A stretch of DNA of 64,000 nucleotides from Acidobacteriota bacterium. GTDB lineage: Bacteria; Acidobacteriota; CAIWXX01. The notes below the pieces were generated by a model, which saw only the letters and a list, made by a program, of their open reading frames with translations, was not told where the DNA came from and did no database searches. The position numbers and the translations under genes were made by a program. The stretch spans positions 161,452 through 225,451 of the forward strand of contig JBFMAF010000020.1 of assembly GCA_040755995.1 (NCBI GenBank), read 5' to 3'. This document shows, in pieces, positions 28,362-37,235 of this stretch. Every line of letters begins with the position of its first letter. Position 1 is the first letter of the stretch.

Positions 28362-30149
28362 CTAGAGCAGCGGTTGTACCATCAGCGCAGCCGGCAGCGA
28401 CGCGGCGGCCCACGCCAGAGCGGCACGCGCGGCGGGGCGCCAGGCTCGACAGCGGATCAGCTGCCAGAGAGCCGCCGGAACGCCGAATAGCAGAAGTGGA
28501 GCGACAAGCGACATGAAACCGACGTCGAAGTACAACCAGCCCGCGGGCAGTCCAACCAGTGCCGCCCCAGTGCCGTTGAGAATCAGCCGGAAGATCCGCA
28601 CCGGGCGCACGATGCGATAGAACGATGCGCCCAACCCGGCGGCCACAACCAGGCAACCCAGCGCATACCAGAGATAGGGGTAGAGAATGGCACCCAATTG
28701 AAGGTCCTCCTCCATGCTCCACTTGCTCGTCTGGAGGCGGCCCATCTCGGCTGCCATCCTGCGGAACGTGCTCACGATCTCGGGCGTCACGCCGGGCACG
28801 CTCCGGAGGTCGTCGATTGTCTGATAGGGCGATCCTTTCAGTATAGACTCGGCCAGCGGCCGATCCACTCCCGGCACACTCACCAGATCAACAAGGGAAG
28901 CGGCGTTCAGCTCGAACGTGTGCGTGCGGCGCAGACCTCGGAGCTGGTCGAAGAGCGTTGTGCCGGTCTGGAAGCGGTCATTGGCAAGCCATATCGCCGG
29001 GGCGGCAGGCAGGGTCTGTCCGAGGAGTGCCTCCTTCAGAAGCGCGTCCACATCGCCGGCTTCCTCTGGGAACTCGATCTTGTACGCGTCGACCAGGCGC
29101 ACGAGGTCGCGAGTCTTGTGAGTGCCGATCGCATGAAACAGCTTCAGGTAGACATTTTCGAGCGGGCTTACATCGGCCTGGCTTGTGCCGAACTGCGCGT
29201 AGAACGCCTCGTCACGGCGGCGCTGCTGCAATGCCTGCGAGGTCACGAACCTGTAGAACAGGGTGCTCACGAACCCCTCGGTGGAGATCATCCGCGCAGC
29301 CGTCTTGCGAGGCCCGAACACGTCGCCGACACAGACGTTCTCCAGCAGATACGCCCGGTACGGATCACCGGTGTTGAGGAGCCATTGGGGAACAGCGGCG
29401 TCCGAAGCAAATTCGTTGTTTTTCACTGCATGGTAGCGCAGCGCTTGCTCCGTCTCGGAAAACCACAGTGGGAAAGTCATTCTCCAGCGACCCGCTGGAG
29501 ACCACCTGGCTGTCAGCTCACGGCCGTACGCCCGCAGGTTCCCGTAGGCGCGCTCTCGTCGCTCGGTGTCGAGCGCGAGTGCCCGCGTCGAAGGATCTGC
29601 GTCATCATCGTCGATCGCCATGACCTGGAAGTGTTCGGCGAACCCCTCGTCGAATGCGGTGTACGGATCGGTGCGCACACCGATGGCATGGACCTGGTTC
29701 GATTGGAGAATGTCCGAGACTCCGGCGAGCCGGGTCAGAATGATATGGCCCAGTTCATGGGGGAAGATCTGGTCCATGCTGCCGAATCGCCCGGTCAGGC
29801 TGCTGTCCATCCACAGATCCACATAGGCGGCGTGGCGCTTGTCTTCGTCGCCGAGGAAGAATCCATAGCAGGGGAAGCCTCCCTGCCTGGAGGACAGCAG
29901 CAGGTAGGCAGGTTCCGGAGGCGGCCCTCCTTTCTTCTGCAGATAGACTTGTTGATATCTGAACAGGCGCAGGCACCGCGCCGCAAGTCCTCGTGAGAGG
30001 ATCTTGCTGACGGCCGTGTCGGTCGTCAAAGCGAGAACCGGCTTCCCGTCCCGTACTTGCCCCGTCTCCTTCAATAGCACGAGGGAATCTTGATCTGCAG
30101 ACAGGACGCCGGCGCTCATCAGAAAGACCGCGCAGATGATCAGAGCCAT
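28362..30149 (-). CDS. Secreted/membrane HExxH metallopeptidase-like protein with HhH repeats and C-terminal TM helices
   Basis: PHELGH, FDEGFAE; ELNAASLVDLVSVPGVD..LAESI and DLRSVPGV (ComEA-like HhH); hydrophobic C-terminus. Confidence 0.65.
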   Translation of the reverse strand: MALIICAVFLMSAGVLSADQDSLVLLKETGQVRDGKPVLALTTDTAVSKILSRGLAARCLRLFRYQQVYLQKKGGPPPEPAYLLLSSRQGGFPCYGFFLGDEDKRHAAYVDLWMDSSLTGRFGSMDQIFPHELGHIILTRLAGVSDILQSNQVHAIGVRTDPYTAFDEGFAEHFQVMAIDDDDADPSTRALALDTERRERAYGNLRAYGRELTARWSPAGRWRMTFPLWFSETEQALRYHAVKNNEFASDAAVPQWLLNTGDPYRAYLLENVCVGDVFGPRKTAARMISTEGFVSTLFYRFVTSQALQQRRRDEAFYAQFGTSQADVSPLENVYLKLFHAIGTHKTRDLVRLVDAYKIEFPEEAGDVDALLKEALLGQTLPAAPAIWLANDRFQTGTTLFDQLRGLRRTHTFELNAASLVDLVSVPGVDRPLAESILKGSPYQTIDDLRSVPGVTPEIVSTFRRMAAEMGRLQTSKWSMEEDLQLGAILYPYLWYALGCLVVAAGLGASFYRIVRPVRIFRLILNGTGAALVGLPAGWLYFDVGFMSLVAPLLLFGVPAALWQLIRCRAWRPAARAALAWAAASLPAALMVQPLL

Positions 30150-30283
30150 CGTCGAACCTCCATTCACAACTCCCTACGCGGCCTTATCTGCGGCGGTTCC
30201 AACTTCTTTGCAGCGCGTCACACAGTGCGCCGGCTTCTTGAACCTGTTGTGCACCTATGACGCGCTGTATAGAATGCGCGCTG

Positions 30284-31060
30284 ATGAGCCTGCTGGAGCC
30301 CGAGCCGGAACGTCAGCCAGCCGCGCGCAGTAGATCGCTGGTGATTGCCACGGGAGTCGTGGGCGTGGGCGTCCTGGTGCTTGTGCTCGCCGGTGTGCTC
30401 TGGGTGCGCCACAGACGGGCCACGCCCGCCGAGGGGCCGCGGCCGGTCGCACGGGCGGTCGAGCCGGTTCCGGCGCAGAAGGAAGCGAAGTCGAAAATCG
30501 CTTTGCCACCAGCTCCGATGCCCGCGACTGCTCGACAGCCCGCCCTGGGAACGCTCCATATCGAGAGCGACGTCCCCGGCGCATCGGTGTTTCTGGATCG
30601 TGAGTATGTCGGGACGGCTCCACTGACCTTGCAGCGAGTCCCGCCGGGAACGCATCAACTGAACGTCTCGGCGCCCGGTCATGATGGCTACGCAGAGTCG
30701 ATCGAAGTCGACCCGGGCGAGCGCGATGTCGTGGTGCGGTTTAACGAAGTCCGCCTGGATGCGTCTATCGACGTCGTTCACAAGCATGGCTTCGGCTCGT
30801 GCCGCGGGCGTCTCTTCGCGACACCCGCCGGTATCCGTTACGAGACGGCCCACGCTCGCGACGCATTCAGTGTCCCACTTGCAGATGTGATTCAGTTCGA
30901 CGTCGACTATCCGAAGAAGAACCTGCGCATCAAGCTGCGCACAGGAAAGTCATACGACTTCACCGATCCAGACGGCAACGCAGACCGGCTCTTCGTCTTC
31001 CACCGCGACGTGCAGAAGGCGCGCGAGCGGCTGGCGAGCGCGGGGGCACCGTCTGGCTGA
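30284..31060 (+). CDS. Membrane-anchored PEGA-domain protein
   Basis: Single TM; GTLHIESDVPGASVFLD..VGTAPL...PGTHQL.VSAPGH. Confidence 0.8.
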   Translation: MSLLEPEPERQPAARSRSLVIATGVVGVGVLVLVLAGVLWVRHRRATPAEGPRPVARAVEPVPAQKEAKSKIALPPAPMPATARQPALGTLHIESDVPGASVFLDREYVGTAPLTLQRVPPGTHQLNVSAPGHDGYAESIEVDPGERDVVVRFNEVRLDASIDVVHKHGFGSCRGRLFATPAGIRYETAHARDAFSVPLADVIQFDVDYPKKNLRIKLRTGKSYDFTDPDGNADRLFVFHRDVQKARERLASAGAPSG

Positions 31061-31175
31061 ATCGCGAGAGCGGGTGGAGCGGGTCGTCTGCAGAACCGGC
31101 CCAGCAACGGCCGAGTCACACGAAGTGCCGCCGTCACCTGGTCGAGGCGCACCACCTCCGCAGAGTGTCCATTCC

Positions 31176-31595
31176 TCAGCGATGCGGCAATTCGACGAGT
31201 GTGATGTCCAGTGCATCACGAATTGCCAGAATCTCCGGGTCGCCAGTAACCAGTGGCACGCCGAGTTCCTTCGCGGTCGCGATCGCGAACCCGTCAGCGT
31301 AGGAGACGAGATGCCGTCCCTTGATCGCTGCGGCCGCTCGTACCCGGGACTGTGATGCGCCGAGTAACGTAATCGGCACTCCACCGCCCCCAACCTCATT
31401 CCAGAGCTCGTCTGCGCGCTCGATACCTCGCGCACGCATCACCCGATAGTATACTTCGCCAAGATTCACGACAGACATGTACACCGCATTCTCGGGGCTT
31501 CCCTCTGCTTCGGCCAAGAAGTCGCGTACACGGACGGCACCCGGCTCGCGTTGAAACCATGAAAGCAGCGCGAAGGCGTCAAAGCAGGCCTTCAC
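31176..31595 (-). CDS. vapC: VapC PIN-domain toxin
   Basis: FDAFALL, VNLGEVYY, SYADGFA, LVTGDPE. Confidence 0.9.
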   Translation of the reverse strand: MKACFDAFALLSWFQREPGAVRVRDFLAEAEGSPENAVYMSVVNLGEVYYRVMRARGIERADELWNEVGGGGVPITLLGASQSRVRAAAAIKGRHLVSYADGFAIATAKELGVPLVTGDPEILAIRDALDITLVELPHR

Positions 31596-31827
31596 GCTCG
31601 ATCTCCTCGCGATGCTCGCGCAGGTGCTCCTCCACCGCCCCCGAACCTTCAAGCAGACCTTCCCATCGACGCCAGTCTTTCATTTGGCCACGACGTGCAG
31701 CGCGGCTCAGCACAATTCTCTCCCCATCGAGCGCAACGTCCAGCTCGTCTCCCTCATGGATGTGCAAGGCCTCGCGTAGAGGCGCGGGGATCGTCACCTG
31801 TCCTTCGCCAACAACCGTCGTCCGCAT
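31579..31827 (-). CDS. AbrB/MazE-type antitoxin
   Basis: GQVTIPAPLREALHIHEGDEL; overlaps vapC. Confidence 0.9.
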   Translation of the reverse strand: MRTTVVGEGQVTIPAPLREALHIHEGDELDVALDGERIVLSRAARRGQMKDWRRWEGLLEGSGAVEEHLREHREEIEREGLL

Positions 31828-31848
31828 CGTGAACTCCTTCCTTCACTC

Positions 31849-31877
31849 AAACTAGTCCAGAGTCCGGGAGCAGTCAA
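31849..31877 (-). promoter_or_regulatory. Sigma70 promoter of the abrB-vapC pair
   Basis: TTGACT-17 bp-TAGTTT. Confidence 0.6.
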
Positions 31878-32029
31878 GTCCGTTCATCTCTCCATCACGC
31901 CTCGATCGCCTACTTCTCCATCCGCCGATAGAACGCAGTGCGGTTGAGGCCGAGCGATACGGCCGCGTTGGCGATGCGCAACTCGATGGTGCTCGATCGC
32001 TTTGAATGTCATCGCCTTCGCGATCGGGC

Positions 32030-32140
32030 GCGGGGGCACGGCCTCGGTCTATCCATCCTGCGACGCACGGTGGAGGAGCTGGGCGGGCAGGTCGCGGTGG
32101 AGAGCAGGCCCGGGGAGGAAGCGTGTTTCGCTCTTCCGCC
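32030..32140 (+). pseudogene. Scrap of a histidine kinase HATPase_c domain
   Basis: GHGLGLSILRRTVEELGGQVAVESRPGE...F (G2 box) without the rest of the kinase. Confidence 0.6.
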
Positions 32141-32261
32141 CGTGTCTCCGGTCTCACTTGACACCGGCGCACCTCAGGCCTATGTTCTTGCCGTGATCCA
32201 CGTTCCCTAGCTGATCGGGCAGACGGGCACGCCACGCGGAGCCCGGAGGAGGGATATTGTC

Positions 32262-33044
32262 ATGACCACAACGAATGACTCCCAGAACCCTGCAGAGGGT
32301 GAGCTGCGGTTCGATCGCGCCGAGGCGGAGACGCCCGCCAAGGCCAAGTGCGTTCAGTGCGGCACTGAGCTGATGTCATCCTACTTCCAGATCAACGGAA
32401 ACATCGTCTGCGAGGCCTGCCGGTACAAGATAGAGGCGGCCTTCAAGGGCGGTTCGGGGCTCGGCCGGTTCGTGAAGTCGCTGGTGCTCGGGACCGGCGC
32501 AGGAGCCATCGGCGCCGGGCTGTACTTCGGGATCTCCGCTCTGACCGGCTATGAGTTCGGGCTCGTTGCGATTATCGTCGGCCTGCTTGTGGGAGGCGCC
32601 GTCAGAGTCGGATGCAACAGGCGAGGCGGTTGGCGCTACCAGGCGCTGGCCATGTTCCTGACATACTCATCGATCGTCTCGACGTACATTCCACCGATCT
32701 ACAAGGCCGTGCGTGAGGAGGCGAAGAAGCAGGAGGCCGCGGAGAGCGCCGCTGGCAAGGCCGCGCCAGCAGATCCAGGTGCGGAATCGAGTCCCGCCGC
32801 GGCCGTGAAGGATCTGCCGCCTGCGCTCCGGCACGCAATCGGCTTCGTGCTGCTGTTCGCCCTGGCCTTCGTCGCCCCGTTCCTGGCTGGGTTCCAGAAC
32901 ATAATTGGACTGGTTATCATCGGGATAGGGCTTTACGAGGCGTGGAAGTTGAACAAGCGCGCCGTAATGCAGATCACGGGCCCTCACCGATTGGGCTCGG
33001 CGCCGGAGGCGGCTTCGGAAGCTGGTGCCGATGCGGGTGCCTGA
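32262..33044 (+). CDS. Membrane protein with an N-terminal CxxC...CxxC zinc finger
   Basis: CVQC...CEAC; several TM helices; RBS GGAGG. Confidence 0.7.
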   Translation: MTTTNDSQNPAEGELRFDRAEAETPAKAKCVQCGTELMSSYFQINGNIVCEACRYKIEAAFKGGSGLGRFVKSLVLGTGAGAIGAGLYFGISALTGYEFGLVAIIVGLLVGGAVRVGCNRRGGWRYQALAMFLTYSSIVSTYIPPIYKAVREEAKKQEAAESAAGKAAPADPGAESSPAAAVKDLPPALRHAIGFVLLFALAFVAPFLAGFQNIIGLVIIGIGLYEAWKLNKRAVMQITGPHRLGSAPEAASEAGADAGA

Positions 33045-34065
33045 ACCGGCCCCGTCAACAGCGGCGCGCTGCCCTGACTGCGGCACGGAAGTCGCTCCGT
33101 CGCTGTTGAGCTGCCCGGTCTGCCAGCGGCTCGTTCACGCCGAAACGCTCAAGAGGCTGGCAGCCGACGCAGAACGATCTCGCGCTGCCGGCGACCTGCG
33201 TGTAGCGCTGCGAGCCTGGCAAGAAGCGATCAGCCTGCTGCCGCCCGCATCTACGCAGTACAGCGCCGTTTCGGCGAAAATCTCGGCCCTGGGGCAGGAG
33301 ATCGACCGGCAGCCCGCGGCCAAGAAGCCACGCAGCGGTCCGGGGGCGAAGGGCATTGCAGCGGCCGGCGCTGCCGGGTTGCTCCTGTGGAAGCTCAAGA
33401 CCGTGCTGATCTTCGCGCTCACCAAGGGAAAGCTGCTGCTCCTGGGCCTGACGAAGACGAGCACGCTGCTCTCGATGCTCCTTTCACTTGGCGTTTACTG
33501 GGCCGCATGGGGATGGAAGTTCGCCGTAGGAATCGTCGCCTCGATCTACGTGCATGAGATGGGGCATGTGGCCATGCTCCGCCACTACGGGATTCGCGCG
33601 ACGGCGCCGATGTTCATCCCCGGGCTTGGTGCTGTGGTGCGTCTGAAGCAGAACCTGACTGATCCTCACCAGGATGCGCGCGTGGGGCTGGCCGGCCCGA
33701 CCTGGGGACTCGGTGCGTCGGCCGTGTGCGCCCTTGTCTCAGTGGGGACGGGCTGGGCCAGTTTCGCAGCGCTCGCTCGCGTCGGCGCCTGGATCAACCT
33801 GTTCAACCTTATCCCTGTCTGGCAGCTAGACGGCGGTCGCGGTTTTCAGGCCCTGTCGAGGCCGCAGCGCTGGACAGTGGCCGCGGCGTTCGCGGCCATG
33901 TGGGCCGTGACCCGCGACGGCCTGTTCGCGCTTCTTGTCATCGCATCGGTGGTGCGGGCGCTCGGTCGAGACGCAGGGACCTCTGATCGACGCGTCTTCC
34001 TCCAGTTCGTGTTCCTCGTCATCGCCCTGTCTCTCCTGCTTCTGATTCCCGTCCGGCTCGGCTGA
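33025..34065 (+). CDS. Site-2 (M50) intramembrane metalloprotease with an N-terminal double zinc ribbon (start uncertain)
   Basis: CPDC...CPVC; HEMGH; AGP; NLIPVWQLDGG. Confidence 0.85.
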   Translation: MPMRVPEPAPSTAARCPDCGTEVAPSLLSCPVCQRLVHAETLKRLAADAERSRAAGDLRVALRAWQEAISLLPPASTQYSAVSAKISALGQEIDRQPAAKKPRSGPGAKGIAAAGAAGLLLWKLKTVLIFALTKGKLLLLGLTKTSTLLSMLLSLGVYWAAWGWKFAVGIVASIYVHEMGHVAMLRHYGIRATAPMFIPGLGAVVRLKQNLTDPHQDARVGLAGPTWGLGASAVCALVSVGTGWASFAALARVGAWINLFNLIPVWQLDGGRGFQALSRPQRWTVAAAFAAMWAVTRDGLFALLVIASVVRALGRDAGTSDRRVFLQFVFLVIALSLLLLIPVRLG

Positions 34066-34236
34066 GGATCTCGACCAGCGCTCGCACTGTACAGTCTCCG
34101 GTCTCCTCCGCGCTGAGGCAAGACGCGGCTGATCGTGGCGATCAGGAAGGTCCGCGAGCGACGGAACTATTGCCAAGCCCTTCACGTACAGACAGGAAAT
34201 GGGGGGCCTGGCTGAAACTCGCCGAAGGGAGGAGAG

Positions 34237-34950
34237 GTGAGCTCGACCAAGAAGGACGCAAGAATCGCAGGAGTGCTGTACTTACTCCTATCCTTCCCCG
34301 CCTACTTTGGCCTCATGTACGTTCCGGGCAAGCTGATTGTGCGTGGAGACGCCGCTGCGACTGCCGGCAACATCCTCGCTTCTCAGTCGCTCTTCCTTCT
34401 CGGCGTCGCGAGCGAGCTGATCTCCCCGATCATATTCATCTTCGTGGTCCTGGCGCTGTACAAGCTGCTCAAGGGGGTTGACTCGCAACATGCCTCGCTC
34501 ATGGTGATACTGGTTCTGGTCCAGGTTCCGATAGCTTTTCTGAATGAGGTGAACCAGATCGCTGCCCTCGTGCTCGTGCGCGGTGCTGATTTCCTGTCCG
34601 TATTCGAGAAACCTCAACGGGAGGCCCTGGCGATGCTGTTCCTCAATCTGCACGGCCAGGGAATCATTGTATCCGAGATATTCTGGGGTCTCTGGCTCTT
34701 TCCCTTCGGGCTGCTCGTGGCCCGGTCGGGCTTTCTTCCGCGCATCCTGGGCGGATGGCTGATCATCAACGGCTTCGCATATCTGATGATGAGCGCCACG
34801 AGCCTCTTCTTTCCGCAATTCAAGGATGTGGTTTTCAAGATCGCCTTCCCAGCCCTCTTCGGAGAGATGGCGATGATGCTGTGGCTTCTGGTCATGGGCG
34901 CAAAGCCGCAACCCCAACATGTCCCAGCCTCCTTGTCTGCGGGCGGCTAG
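34237..34950 (+). CDS. DUF4386-family membrane protein
   Basis: ARIAGVLYLL..., FWGLWLFPFG, LPRILG, GE...LWLLV.G. Confidence 0.75.
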   Translation: MSSTKKDARIAGVLYLLLSFPAYFGLMYVPGKLIVRGDAAATAGNILASQSLFLLGVASELISPIIFIFVVLALYKLLKGVDSQHASLMVILVLVQVPIAFLNEVNQIAALVLVRGADFLSVFEKPQREALAMLFLNLHGQGIIVSEIFWGLWLFPFGLLVARSGFLPRILGGWLIINGFAYLMMSATSLFFPQFKDVVFKIAFPALFGEMAMMLWLLVMGAKPQPQHVPASLSAGG

Positions 34951-35023
34951 GCTGCCCGGCTGGCGTATGACAAGTCTGGCGACTGGTCTTCGAGAATCCG
35001 CTCGCCACCAACGGAGGTTCAAA

Positions 35024-35488
35024 ATGCTCGAACGCCTCCTTCCCCGGCACGCCGACAACACCTATCACGGTTACAAGCTCGCGCTCTGGCTCTTTGCCCT
35101 GGTCATGTTGATGAAAGCTGCGATGAGCATCAACTCCATCTTCAACGGACACTCTGTCGCGACCTCGGCGGACGGGATCCCACTCGACACATTCACCCCG
35201 GCCGGTGCACAAGCAGTCGTTTCTATGTTTGCGGCATGGGGACTGGCCCAGCTCATGATCTGCTTGCTCTGCACAGTGGTCCTGGCTCGATATCGCGCCC
35301 TGATCCCCTTCACGTTCGCCGTCCTCCTGCTGGAACACCTGAGCAGAAGGCTCGTCTTTCTGGTCATGCCCATTGTCAGGACCGGAACACCGCCTGGCTT
35401 CTTCGTGAACCTCGCGCTCCTCGGTCTTGTGGCCGTTGGCCTGGTACTGTCTCTACGGAACCACGACAATCCTCGGGCAAAGGAGTGA
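35024..35488 (+). CDS. Hypothetical 4-TM membrane protein
   Basis: RBS GGAGG; hydrophobic helices; LLPRHADNTYHG, ADGIPL. Confidence 0.65.
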   Translation: MLERLLPRHADNTYHGYKLALWLFALVMLMKAAMSINSIFNGHSVATSADGIPLDTFTPAGAQAVVSMFAAWGLAQLMICLLCTVVLARYRALIPFTFAVLLLEHLSRRLVFLVMPIVRTGTPPGFFVNLALLGLVAVGLVLSLRNHDNPRAKE

Positions 35489-35587
35489 CCTGCGCCGGAG
35501 TACACCACACGAGGAGGTGCGTTGTTGAAGTCAGGAAGCTGAGGAGGTTGAAAAACGGGCTCGGCCGTCGATCCAATTGGAAGAACT

Positions 35588-35663
35588 TGGTGGAGCTGAA
35601 CGGGATCGAACCGTCGGCCTCTTGAATGCCATTCAAGCGCTCTCCCAGCTGAGCTACAGCCCC
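35588..35663 (-). tRNA. tRNA-Ala (GGC)
   Basis: 76 nt GGGGCTGTAGCTCAGCTGGGAGAGCGCTTGAATGGCATTCAAG...GGTTCGATCCC...CTCCACCA with encoded CCA. Confidence 0.97.
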
Positions 35664-35676
35664 ACCGGTCTTCCCT

Positions 35677-35705
35677 ATAATAGAACGCGACGCCCGTTGA
35701 GTCAA
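35677..35705 (-). promoter_or_regulatory. tRNA promoter
   Basis: TTGACT-17 bp-TATTAT. Confidence 0.7.
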
Positions 35706-35804
35706 ACTCGATTGCCAGTGCGCCAGTGCAGCTCGTCCGTTTGAATGGCGTCGAGGGCAGAGCGTACAATGTACTCGTGACTATGCGGACGGAGAAGAGG
35801 TGAC

Positions 35805-36872
35805 GTGGCGGAACCATTTAGGTCCCGTGCAACTGGTGATTGCTGCAGCCCGAGGGTGGACCCGACGCAGGGCGTCCCGGGCGACGCTTTCAAGAGTACC
35901 AGCGTCGGAGATGTACCGGCCGTGACATCTGTGCTCTCAGTTGCCGACCGGCTCGGCAGATGGAAGGTCCGGTGGGGCATCGGACGCGACAGGTACAGGG
36001 TAGTGCCCGGACTGTACGCGCTTGGTGGCCCCGACGAACGGTCTCCGGTGATGGTCACAGCCAACTACAAGCTTTCGTTTGATCAATTGCGCTGCCAACT
36101 CCGCGGGCTCGACGCGTGGATCCTCGTCTTGGACACCAATGGCATCAACGTCTGGTGCGCCGCCGGCAAGGGGACGTTCGGCACCGACGAGCTGGTGAAC
36201 AGGATCCAGCTCACCGAACTAGCTCGGCTGGTGACGCACCGCACGCTGCTTGTGCCGCAGCTTGGAGCGACCGGTGTCGCCGGCTACATCGTCAAACAGC
36301 GAACGGGGTTCAACGTCATCTTCGGACCCGTTCGCGCGCGTGACATCAAGGCATTCCTCGAAGCTGGCATGAAGGCGACTCCGGAGATGAGGAGAGTCAC
36401 ATTCACTCTGTCAGAGAGAATGACGGTCGCTCAGATGGACCTGGTCGCGGCGATGAAGTACTTCCTCGTGTATCTCATGCTTCTTGGAGTCTTGAAACTC
36501 GTGACCGGTTCGTTTTCGCTCCGTTCGCTTGCATACGCGGCGTTTCCTGTCTTCGGCGCCCTCCTGCTCGGGGCGCTGGCGGTTCCCGCGCTGCTGCCGT
36601 GGATACCATTCCGGTCGTTCGCGTTGAAAGGGTGGCTCATGGGAGTTGCGTGGGCGATCGCGGTGAGTATGCTGGAACATGCAGGGCCTGCCGGGTTTGC
36701 CGGCAACTTGCTGCTCTTGCCTGCCCTCTCGTCGTTTGTCGCGCTCAACTACACCGGCGCCACTACGTTCACGTCTCAGACTGGAGTCAACAAGGAAATC
36801 CGGCTCTTCGCGCGTCCGATGGCCATGTCGGCGATCCTGGGAATCGCGCTCCTGCTCATCGCGCGCCCGTGA
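35805..36872 (+). CDS. hgcA: Mercury methylation corrinoid protein HgcA
   Basis: TANYKLSFD, cap-helix motif GINVWCAAGK, PQLGATGV, FGPVRA; multiple C-terminal TM helices; followed by hgcB. Confidence 0.93.
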   Translation: MAEPFRSRATGDCCSPRVDPTQGVPGDAFKSTSVGDVPAVTSVLSVADRLGRWKVRWGIGRDRYRVVPGLYALGGPDERSPVMVTANYKLSFDQLRCQLRGLDAWILVLDTNGINVWCAAGKGTFGTDELVNRIQLTELARLVTHRTLLVPQLGATGVAGYIVKQRTGFNVIFGPVRARDIKAFLEAGMKATPEMRRVTFTLSERMTVAQMDLVAAMKYFLVYLMLLGVLKLVTGSFSLRSLAYAAFPVFGALLLGALAVPALLPWIPFRSFALKGWLMGVAWAIAVSMLEHAGPAGFAGNLLLLPALSSFVALNYTGATTFTSQTGVNKEIRLFARPMAMSAILGIALLLIARP

Positions 36873-36879
36873 GTACTGG

Positions 36880-37170
36880 ATGCACTACCTGCAGAACGTG
36901 TCCACACTGAGGATCGACGCGCAGACGTGCATCGGCTGCGACATCTGCATGAGCGTCTGCCCGCACGAGGTGATCGAGCTGCGTGCGGGCAAGGCCGTCG
37001 TCCGCGATCTGGATGCGTGCATGGAGTGCGGAGCGTGCTCGACCAACTGCCCCGTACAGGCGATACATGTGCAGGCCGGTGTCGGGTGCGCACACGCGAT
37101 ACTTAGAGGCATGTTCTACGGGACGCCTCCCCAATGCGGCTGCGGCGGCAACCCGAAGCCGTGTTGCTGA
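36880..37170 (+). CDS. hgcB: Mercury methylation ferredoxin HgcB
   Basis: Two CxxCxxCxxxC motifs including CMECGAC, then GVGCA and a C-terminal CGC...CC tail. Confidence 0.93.
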   Translation: MHYLQNVSTLRIDAQTCIGCDICMSVCPHEVIELRAGKAVVRDLDACMECGACSTNCPVQAIHVQAGVGCAHAILRGMFYGTPPQCGCGGNPKPCC

Positions 37171-37235
37171 CGGCGACCGCCCTCGTCCAACTCGACACAG
37201 ATCTTGCCTCACCGGCCCGGCGGCTCGGCGCAACG

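Noticed and set aside
35588..35612. tRNA-Ala 3' end as an island attachment site
   Set aside because: No duplicate of the 3' end and no integrase found in the window
35805..36872. Acetyl-CoA synthase corrinoid subunit (CdhE/AcsC) instead of HgcA
   Set aside because: The Cys-containing cap helix, TM domain and adjacent HgcB-type ferredoxin favour HgcA
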